DNA of 63,689 nt, filler included, from Octopus bimaculoides (Eukaryota): assembly GCF_001194135.2 (NCBI RefSeq). It is 8 parts of 7 records of this genome, joined end to end, with 100 filler letters (N's around TTAATTAATTAA, not from the genome) between each part and the next. Parts side by side here need not be neighbours in the genome. Positions count along the whole stretch, not along the records: positions 53,984 to 63,689 come from NC_069001.1; 7 more parts are not named here. One strand, given 5' to 3'. This document shows, in pieces, positions 54,128-63,689 of this stretch. Both the position numbers and the translations under genes were made by a program. The notes under the pieces are model-generated. The model was not told where the DNA came from, ran no database searches, and was given only the letters and a program-made list of their open reading frames with translations. Positions within the stretch are counted from its first letter, which is position 1; the number at the start of each line of letters is the position of its first letter.

Positions 54128-54870
54128 TCAAACACTTTTAGCAGGGCTCAAGGGCATTGGTGGACGGCCGTTTGCGGAAGGTCGAGGCAGAAGACCTGTG
54201 GTTGCAGTAATGTATTTCCTTTCTTGTGGACAAGGATTAAACTCCTCACTCCTGCTATTCAGGTAAACAACCGGGCGTTGAATACCTTTTAAAATCGCTC
54301 TTTTCTCAGTCAGGCATAATTTTCCCTTCCTGCTGCTGTTTAAGTACGGTTTGAATCTTTCTAGGATCTTCCACTTTATACTGTACTCTGTGGCGCTTTC
54401 TTTCAAAATCTAGACGTGCCTGGCTAGGGTTGTTACATTACGTCGCTCAGGGATGTTGAATGAGGACTTGTCGTTATTAGAGCGTGTTCTGAAGGAGCCT
54501 TTGTTGCTCCCACATACTCCGCACGTTCGGTTGTCCATTGGGTCTTGTTGCAGTTACTTCTGCCTCGTTAACAACTGTTTCTGTGTTGCAGTCGCCGTTT
54601 AGTGGACAAGTTGTGTTACCCCTGTATAAGCATCCTGCTCCAGCCTCAGGTCTGGGTCTATCAACTAAAATCTTTTTTATACTTGGTGCACATCTAAAGG
54701 ATAATCTCAGGGAACATCTACTAAATATTTTCTAGAATCTGTTGGTTCTGGGGAAGTGTCTATCAACTAAATTAAGGAAGATCTTACGTACTCTGATCTT
54801 AACGTTTAAAGAGAATGGCGGTGTAAACCACAGTACTTTTCGGTGGCGCATTCTCTTGGGGAGAAGTAGG
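54128..54870 (-). mobile_element. Penelope-like element: linker and C-terminal GIY-YIG endonuclease, disrupted
   Basis: RKVLWFTPPFSLNVKIRVRKIFLNLVDRHFP...KIFSRCSLRLSFRCAPSIKKIL...GCLYRGNTTCPLNGDC...YVGATKGSFRTR (two frameshifts)...LARHV*ILKE...SIKWKILER...KLCLTEKRAIL...LNSRSE. Confidence 0.9.
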
Positions 54871-54879
54871 TCTGGCATT

Positions 54880-55200
54880 TGTTTACGCTACACAAACCAC
54901 ACAGCCCATCCCCACAGAAACACCACATTAATAATACACACTTTCCCCACTTCAACTCTTGCCGGCTTCACAGCATACCTAACCAAGGGACAAAACTCCT
55001 AAACTAATCCCCTGGCCCCTTTCTCGTTCCATCGCTATTTTGACAGCAATCGCTGACCGGTTGTGCTAATCCACCTCCTATATTGGCGAATCCTGATGAG
55101 CGTAAAGTTATATAATCGGGTTGTTACCTAACACTTCATGGTATTCTTTACGCGAAACCGATTTGTAAGACGAGCTGTGATGGATATTTAATACTATACA
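54880..55200 (+). mobile_element. Inverted pLTR-like segment of the Penelope insertion, with a hammerhead relic at 55087-55165
   Basis: C/A-rich then pyrimidine-rich sequence in the opposite orientation to the ORF. CGAATC | CTGATGA | GCGTAAAG...CTTTACGC (8-bp stem) | GAAA CC | GATTTG. It ends in (TA)n. Confidence 0.65.
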
Positions 55201-55234
55201 TTTCGTATTATATATATATATATCTTTTCCAACA

Positions 55235-55268
<34 letters not shown>

Positions 55269-55889
55269 NNNNNNNNNNNNNNNNNNNNNNNNNNNNNNNN
55301 NNNNNNNNNNNNNNNNNNNNNNNNNNNNNNNNNNNNNNNNNNNNNNNNNNNNNNNNNNNNNNNNNNNNNNNNNNNNNNNNNNNNNNNNNNNNNNNNNNNN
55401 NNNNNNNNNNNNNNNNNNNNNNNNNNNNNNNNNNNNNNNNNNNNNNNNNNNNNNNNNNNNNNNNNNNNNNNNNNNNNNNNNNNNNNNNNNNNNNNNNNNN
55501 NNNNNNNNNNNNNNNNNNNNNNNNNNNNNNNNNNNNNNNNNNNNNNNNNNNNNNNNNNNNNNNNNNNNNNNNNNNNNNNNNNNNNNNNNNNNNNNNNNNN
55601 NNNNNNNNNNNNNNNNNNNNNNNNNNNNNNNNNNNNNNNNNNNNNNNNNNNNNNNNNNNNNNNNNNNNNNNNNNNNNNNNNNNNNNNNNNNNNNNNNNNN
55701 NNNNNNNNNNNNNNNNNNNNNNNNNNNNNNNNNNNNNNNNNNNNNNNNNNNNNNNNNNNNNNNNNNNNNNNNNNNNNNNNNNNNNNNNNNNNNNNNNNNN
55801 NNNNNNNNNNNNNNNNNNNNNNNNNNNNNNNNNNNNNNNNNNNNNNNNNNNNNNNNNNNNNNNNNNNNNNNNNNNNNNNNNNNNNNNNN

Positions 55890-55921
<32 letters not shown>

Positions 55922-56979
55922 GCATGCGTATATACACATACACATCATAACACCTTAATGCATGTACATCAAACACTACCACAACCACTATAGTGCATAC
56001 ACATTATACAAATGCACGTATACATACATACATACATACATACATACATACATACATACACACACACACACTTCATGTCACCAAACCACCACTTTTCACA
56101 CTGTTACACTTCACATAGAACCATCTCCAACGCCACCACCCTCCCCCTCACCAACATCACAGGCCATTCATCAATCCCCGTCCCCCTTCCTTCAAATATA
56201 CACCATCTCACAGTAAACACTACCACCGCCACCGCCACCACCAACACCATTACAACAGTAACGTCGCCTCCTCCCTCTTCCTCCCACTTCGTGACCTCAG
56301 AATCACCTTCTCGTTGTTGTTGTTGTTGTTGTATATATGGTTGTTTGTTTGGTTGTTTACTAAGAGGAACAATAATAAACAATACTCTAGTAGCAGCATT
56401 ACCGCCACCACCTCCCTGCCAGCACATCACTACACCATCAAAACCACAACTACGACAAGAATTAATTCAGCACCATCATTACACCACTAGTCTTCCCCAA
56501 CACCACTATCACCACACGTAATCCCACCCCTAACTCCAGCCCCTCCATCACCACCACAGTGTCTATGTTAAGACCTCTACCACGAAACACATCGCTAACA
56601 GACACCAATTTTACTACAACCGAAACTGCTTTTAAACACCATTAGCACAACTACCATACACACTCATAAACATACCTACACACACACACATACACATACA
56701 TATATATATTTAAATGTATGTGTGCGCGTGTGTGTGTATTATATATATATATTTATGTATATACGTAGGTGGATATGTAGACACATACATCACATACATA
56801 TGTGGTGCTCCAGCATGACCACAGCTTTGAAGCTGAAGCATTTTTAAATGGTTTAAATAGTTTATCTAAACATATGTCGCATGCACACATATATACACGC
56901 AAAGATGGATAAGTAGGTATGTGGACAGATTGATTGATAGATAGATAGAGAGAGAGAGAGAAAGAAGAGAGAGAGAGAA

Positions 56980-57020
<41 letters not shown>

Positions 57021-57188
57021 GGAGAGAGATAGATGTGTATTTATGTATATGAATTTGTGCGTGTGCATGCATACACGCATACGTATTTATGTATATGTGT
57101 GCATGTATGTATGTATGTATGTATGTATGAATGTATGTATGTATGTACGTACACATGTATATACATATATATATTCATATGTTCCCAT

Positions 57189-57234
<46 letters not shown>

Positions 57235-58033
57235 TATATATTTATATATATATATGTATGTATATATATNNNNNNNNNNNNNNNNNNNNNNNNNNNNNNN
57301 NNNNNNNNNNNNNNNNNNNNNNNNNNNNNNNNNNNNNNNNNNNNNNNNNNNNNNNNNNNNNNNNNNNNNNNNNNNNNNNNNNNNNNNNNNNNNNNNNNNN
57401 NNNNNNNNNNNNNNNNNNNNNNNNNNNNNNNNNNNNNNNNNNNNNNNNNNNNNNNNNNNNNNNNNNNNNNNNNNNNNNNNNNNNNNNNNNNNNNNNNNNN
57501 NNNNNNNNNNNNNNNNNNNNNNNNNNNNNNNNNNNNNNNNNNNNNNNNNNNNNNNNNNNNNNNNNNNNNNNNNNNNNNNNNNNNNNNNNNNNNNNNNNNN
57601 NNNNNNNNNNNNNNNNNNNNNNNNNNNNNNNNNNNNNNNNNNNNNNNNNNNNNNNNNNNNNNNNNNNNNNNNNNNNNNNNNNNNNNNNNNNNNNNNNNNN
57701 NNNNNNNNNNNNNNNNNNNNNNNNNNNNNNNNNNNNNNNNNNNNNNNNNNNNNNNNNNNNNNNNNNNNNNNNNNNNNNNNNNNNNNNNNNNNNNNNNNNN
57801 NNNNNNNNNNNNNNNNNNNNNNNNNNNNNNNNNNNNNNNNNNNNNNNNNNNNNATATGCATATATATATGCTTATACAATGCATTTAGAAATATTTGTGT
57901 GTGTGTATACTTACCCATGCATAACTACTCTATGAACACAAGATATTGATTGGCCAGCAGGTGATAATGGTGGACGTCACTTAAGACATCAACTTCTATC
58001 TGCACCCTGCCTCGTGCCACCGTCATACAACAG

Positions 58034-58066
<33 letters not shown>

Positions 58067-59034
58067 TGACGACGTTGACCACGACCAAGACTACGAGGAC
58101 GACAGCATGCCAACGATACCACATAATTACTACTACTACCAACATTACCAACATTATCCCTACAAACACCACCACCACCAAGACAATAGCGTGTAATCTG
58201 AAGAAAATTTGTCTGCTTTTTCTTGCAGTTCGATTGGCCATATACAAGCTTGTGTTTTACAGAGGTGAATGTGGCGTATGTATGCGTATTATTTTGTGAG
58301 TATGAGTGTGTGTGTGTGTGTGCGTTCGCGCGCGTGCGTACATGTGAGTATATTATATGTCTGTGAGTGAGGATGTGTGTGATGTAGCAGTGTCTGTTTT
58401 TCAATTTTCACTGTTATAGGGGTTATATCGTGATGACGGTCTTGTAAAGGCGTTTGTCTAGAAGCTTCTGTCCTAAGGGCCTTTGTGCAACACATAGACA
58501 TGCATGTACACACACACACTCAAACATGTACACTCATACATTTATATGCACATATTACATATGGTTGGCACTGAGGAGCAGTCTCTTCAACAGCTAGGAT
58601 CTGGGGCTTAAAGTGATTTCGTCACCTTCCACTTCTAACGGTGCCAAGCAGTTTTCATGCTAACAAAAAACGACCGAGTTGTTTTCACCCACACTGTTGT
58701 ACGTTACTATTATTTATGCATCATTCATGCAACCACAACAATCTAAGTGCAATTATATCCAATCCAACTATACGGCAACCATTTTGTTTTACCACTCACT
58801 TATGATTTGTTCATTCTACTCAGCTTTGGTTTTCCTTTCAACTGTCTTTATCATATCCCCAGATGAAACATTCCCTGCTTCTCTCTCCACTTCGTTAATC
58901 ACTGCTCGTCTGTCCTTTAAATATTCGGTTAGCACTCAAGCTGAGATCCGACTATCAAGTAACACAGAAATTTAATTTAGGAAACTATTTAACGTTATGA
59001 CGTGTCTTAAAATCCAAGAAGTACTGCAGTGGAG

Positions 59035-59099
<65 letters not shown>

Positions 59100-59101
<2 letters not shown>

Positions 59102-59306
59102 GACATCATACTGAAAGACTTCAGACAAAAATCATGCCTCCTCATTGATATGACTGTCCCAATCGATATAAACGTATCTGTCAAGACCTACCAAAAACTG
59201 AGCAAATATAAAGATCTTGAAATAGAAATTAGCAAAATGTGGAATCTGAAGACGAAAACAATACCTATTGTCATAGGTGCCCTGGGAATGACAGCGAAAC
59301 GGGCTG
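59100..59306 (+). mobile_element. R4/Dong-like LINE fragment (RLE domain), 5' end fused to (TAA)n; (TAA)n resumes after the gap
   Basis: DIILKDFRQKSCLLIDMTVPIDINVSVKTYQKLSKYKDLEIEISKMWNLKTKTIPIVIGALG. Confidence 0.9.
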
Positions 59307-59638
59307 NNNNNNNNNNNNNNNNNNNNNNNNNNNNNNNNNNNNNNNNNNNNNNNNNNNNNNNNNNNNNNNNNNNNNNNNNNNNNNNNNNNNNNNNNNNNNN
59401 NNNNNNNNNNNNNNNNNNNNNNNNNNNNNNNNNNNNNNNNNNNNNNNNNNNNNNNNNNNNNNNNNNNNNNNNATAATAATAATAATAATAATAATAATAA
59501 ATTCAAATTAGAAGCGTTGAGATGTCTTAGAAAGTTAAAGAAGTGATTTTTTTTTTAAATTCTCAAACGCAGGATAATGCTAATAATATAGCCTGAACAG
59601 GATAAGCTACCCCTATTTTGCAGAAAAAAAGTGTTGAC

Positions 59639-59713
59639 GCCCGGCTATGAGACTCGAACTCACACCTCCGTGATTACGCGTCGCGGTGCTCTAAACCATT
59701 AAGCTAAACCGTC
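59639..59713 (-). pseudogene. tRNA-like sequence (Thr(CGT)-like); pseudo-tRNA or SINE head
   Basis: GACGGTT TA GCTTAATGGTTTAGAGC A CCGCGA CGCGTAA TCACGG AGGT GTGAG TTCGAGT CTCAT AGCCGGG C. The T-arm and D-arm are good, but there are two acceptor-stem mismatches and no U33. A T7 tract lies ~10 nt downstream. Confidence 0.6.
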
Positions 59714-59832
59714 CTCAATAATAATAATAATGGTAAATAATAATCACTTTAAATCCAAAAGTGAGAGACGCTGTTTCATAATTCGCTTTCAGTTACATTA
59801 TTGACTGCACACCTCACATATTTTCATACATA

Positions 59833-60207
59833 TAGGCGCCGGCATGGCTGTGTAGTAAGAAGCTTGCTTCCTAACCACAAGGCAAGTGTCTTCTACAATA
59901 GCATGGGGGGGGGGGGCGACTAAAGCCTTAGAGAGGATTTGGTAAGTGAAACCTGAAAGAAGCCCGTCGTAAATATATCTACGTGTGTATGCCTTTGTGT
60001 CTGTGTTTGTCGTACACCACCGCTTGACAATTGATGCAGGTGTATTTACGTCCCTGTAAACTAGTAGTTCTGCAAAAGAGAACGATAAAATAAGTACCAG
60101 GCTTTAAAAAATGTACTGGGTGTCGATTCGTTCGACTAAAATTCTTCAAGGTGGTGCCCCAGCATGGCCGCAGTCTAAGGACTGAAACAGGTAAAAGGTA
60201 AAAGAAT
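59833..60207 (+). mobile_element. SINE family A, decayed
   Basis: ggcgccggcatggctgtgtagtaagaagcttgct...ggtggtgccccagcatggccgcagtc. Confidence 0.85.
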
Positions 60208-60370
60208 ACGATCGTATATTTGCATAAAGATGTGCCGAAGGAGAGAACTCTTCTGAACATATTCTGCCCATTAGTGATTCGTCTCTAAAGCAGAAAGCAA
60301 AATCAAATAGCCTCATAATAATTTCAGAAACGTCCATTGTACAAGAGTGTAATAGTCATTTTAAAATGAA

Positions 60371-60601
60371 TGAGTGGCTGTGTAAGGCGTAGGAGTGGCT
60401 GTGTGGTAAGTAGCTTGCTTACGAACCACATGGTTCCGGGTTCAGTCCCACTGCGTGGCACCTTGGGCAAGTGTCTTCTACTATAGCCTCGGGCCAACCA
60501 AAGCCTTGTGAGTGGATTTGGTAGATGGAAACTGAAAGAAGCCCGTCGTATATATGTATATATATGTGTGTGTGTTTGTGTGTCTCTGTTTGTCCTCCCC
60601 C
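60371..60601 (+). mobile_element. SINE family A, 5' half (young), truncated by a gap
   Basis: Near-identical to 26038-26290, with a short duplicated head start (gagtggctgtgt twice). Confidence 0.9.
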
Positions 60602-61324
60602 NNNNNNNNNNNNNNNNNNNNNNNNNNNNNNNNNNNNNNNNNNNNNNNNNNNNNNNNNNNNNNNNNNNNNNNNNNNNNNNNNNNNNNNNNNNNNNNNNNN
60701 NNNNNNNNNNNNNNNNNNNNNNNNNNNNNNNNNNNNNNNNNNNNNNNNNNNNNNNNNNNNNNNNNNNNNNNNNNNNNNNNNNNNNNNNNNNNNNNNNNNN
60801 NNNNNNNNNNNNNNNNNNNNNNNNNNNNNNNNNNNNNNNNNNNNNNNNNNNNNNNNNNNNNNNNNNNNNNNNNNNNNNNNNNNNNNNNNNNNNNNNNNNN
60901 NNNNNNNNNNNNNNNNNNNNNNNNNNNNNNNNNNNNNNNNNNNNNNNNNNNNNNNNNNNNNNNNNNNNNNNNNNNNNNNNNNNNNNNNNNNNNNNNNNNN
61001 NNNNNNNNNNNNNNNNNNNNNNNNNNNNNNNNNNNNNNNNNNNNNNNNNNNNNNNNNNNNNNNNNNNNNNNNNNNNNNNNNNNNNNNNNNNNNNNNNNNN
61101 NNNNNNNNNNNNNNNNNNNNNNNNNNNNNNNNNNNNNNNNNNNNNNNNNNNNNNNNNNNNNNNNNNNNNNNNNNNNNNNNNNNNNNNNNNNNNNNNNNNN
61201 NNNNNNNNNNNNNNNNNNNNNNNNNNNNNNNNNNNNNNNNNNNNNNNNNNNNNNNNNNNNNNNNNNNNNNNNNNNNNNNNNNNNNNNNNNNNNNNNNNNN
61301 NNNNNNNNNNNNNNNNNNNNNNNN

Positions 61325-61572
61325 AGACGAGAGAGAGAAGACGAGAGAGAGAAGACGAGAGAGAGAAATGGGAAAAGGGAAAGAAAAAGAAATTAGGGAC
61401 AGAGAAATGGAGAGAGAGAGAGAAAAAGAGGGAAAGAAGAAAAGAAGAAAAGATAAGAAAGAATACGGAAGAGAGAAAAAGAAAGAAACGAAAGACAGAA
61501 AGAAAGAAAGAAAGAAAGAAAAAAGAAAGAAAGGAAGAAATAAATAAATAAAGAAAGAAAGAAAGAAAGAAA
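61325..61572 (+). repeat. Purine-rich (GA/GAAA)n tract
   Basis: Directly visible. It gives spurious R/E/K-rich ORFs. Confidence 0.9.
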
Positions 61573-62602
61573 ACTGGCGTGTGTGTAAGTGTGTGTGTGC
61601 CTGAGTGTCTGTGTTTGTGTGTTGGAGTGTATGTGCGTGTTTATGTGTAATTGTAGTGTGTGTCTGTGTGTATAAGTGTGTATAAGTGTGTGTGTGTGCT
61701 TGTGTATGTGTGAGTATATTTGTGTGTTGGTGTGTGTGTGTGTGTGTTGGTGTGTGTGTGTGTGTGACTGTAGCGCACGACTGTAGCGTGTGTATTTGTA
61801 TATGTATGTCTTTGTGTGTGCAAGTATGTGTGTGTGTGAGCGTGTGCGTGTGTGTGTGTGTGCGTGCATGTGTGTGTGTGTGTGTGTGTGTGAGTGGGCG
61901 TGCGCGCGCGAATGAGGAACATCAGCGATGAAAGAAGTGAAAGCGGAAAAGGACAGAATTTCCCATTAAAAGATTCCTTATTTTTAATTTCTGTGGAATC
62001 TATTCGGGATCCAATTACCCGGTTCCGTATCGAATGTTGTTTCAAGCAACAGTTTCAGCGTCACATCGGGTTTGATGGCTGACGGGGTACAAAGTCATGC
62101 AAGGTCAAAGGCGACCAGAGTTTAACGCTGTTACTGCTGTTGTTGTTGTTAATGTCGTCGGTGGTGTTGTTGTTGTTTTCTAGCCACAATCACGTCGACC
62201 CAGACTGAAAATAAAGTAGACCTAACAATCCAAAAGGCAGTCCAAGCGTGACCGTCCTGTCTTTTGTTTTCTTACCAGGAAGTGTAAATCTACAGCTTAT
62301 ATTATCTATCACCTATCGTGTTTAAGTCGGTAAAGAGAATTTGAGGCAGAATTTGCTGCTCTTTTTAACAGGTTGAGTATATGCATAGAGCCATAGGCAG
62401 AATGTGGGTCTAAAAATGGATAACAAGGTTGAAGCCATAATGACACCGAACCAAAGATAGAGCCTCGTAGAGTCAGAGGATTATTTCTATTTCTATAGGA
62501 GAGTCATTTACTGTCAAACCTTACCAATGCATATTGAGCACTTTTTAAATCTAACTTGTTTGTGCGTCTGTATGTGTGTGTATATGTATGTGTATATGTG
62601 TG

Positions 62603-62716
<114 letters not shown>

Positions 62717-63308
62717 CATAAAGTGAAGCATGGCCAATCAGTTAAGAATTTTGCTTCACAACCACGAGGTTCTGGGCACGATCTAAATGCACGGCATCTT
62801 AGACAAATGTCGTTTTCAATAGCCTTACGCAAATACAAAGCCACACAGATATATGCATGTACTATTATGTAAACATAAACACGCAAACAAGCACACATAC
62901 ACGCACTTACACTAAACACATGCGCATATTCAAGTTCAAGCGCATAAACACGCGGGCACCTCTATATAAACGTTGCATACAAGTAGAAGCTATTTATCTA
63001 TCTATTTATCGGTCTGTCTGACTGTCTGTCTGTCTCTCTATCTGTCTATCTGTCTGTCTGCCTGTCTGTCTGTCAGTTATTTTGTCTGTCTATCTCTTTC
63101 TGTCTGTCTGTCTGTCTGTGTATATATCTTTCTATCTATCTCTTTATCTATCTATCGATCGATCGATCGATATGTCTATCTATTTCTCTCTATTAATCTG
63201 TCTGTCGAACTATCTATCGATCTATTTCGATGTATGTATATGTGCTTATTTGTCTATAAGCACATTAGTATACATACATGCACACTACGCACTACATAAT
63301 GCACGCAT

Positions 63309-63373
<65 letters not shown>

Positions 63374-63689
63374 CGCACACATGGCTACATTCGTAAGTAC
63401 ATCCATCCATACATACACAGGTATACACACATTCGAACAAGCGGAAAATATGTTGCTCTCTTAAGGAACGTCTCCGGCAATTCGGCAAGAAAGGAATGGG
63501 GCTGGAAGAAGAGAGCGGGTTGGAAGAGGTTGGGGAAAAGGGAAAGAAGAGAGAAAGGGGGATGCACACGTGCACACCTATATGCGTGCTTCAGTTTACT
63601 ACATACGCACACATATAAGCACACACATATGTATATATTTATATATATGTGCGTGTGTTTGTGTTTATAAATATATATATATATATATA

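Noticed and set aside
59639-59713. Functional tRNA gene
   Set aside because: Two acceptor-stem mismatches, an anticodon-stem mismatch, no U33 and irregular spacing; reported as a pseudogene or SINE head instead.

Overview
Repeat-rich, gap-rich eukaryotic genomic DNA. It is AT-rich, carries dense (TA)n/(CA)n/(GA)n/(AAT)n microsatellites, and has N-runs with TTAATTAATTAA scaffold linkers. The repeat content resembles a coleoid cephalopod, most likely Octopus (inference, not verified). The only well-supported host coding sequence is one minus-strand exon of an adhesion/secretin-class GPCR (ECL2-TM5-ICL3-start of TM6, 33681-33858). Most of the rest is probably intronic or intergenic and filled with mobile-element debris. 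This includes an RTE LINE ending in three C2H2 zinc fingers, five R4/Dong-like LINE fragments (four with 5' ends abutting (TAA)n), a Penelope-like GIY-YIG fragment with an inverted pLTR, a Helitron helicase fragment, an internally deleted mariner, pogo/Tigger ends and three tRNA-derived SINE families. The main finding is a set of type I hammerhead ribozyme (HHR) motifs from at least four unrelated sequence families. One is structurally complete (12081-12138, minus, AUC cleavage triplet). Three sit in a 2.5-kb ORF-less inverted array (50917-53470). One relic abuts the branch point of the GPCR exon, and one relic lies in the Penelope pLTR. Two families share a covarying, odd-palindromic stem III (ATC-CGG-GAT vs ACT-CGG-AGT) and one extra nucleotide before GAAA, which suggests a dimer-dependent HHR variant spread by non-autonomous Penelope/retrozyme-like elements into (TA)n tracts. 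All coordinates were read by eye; element boundaries are approximate.
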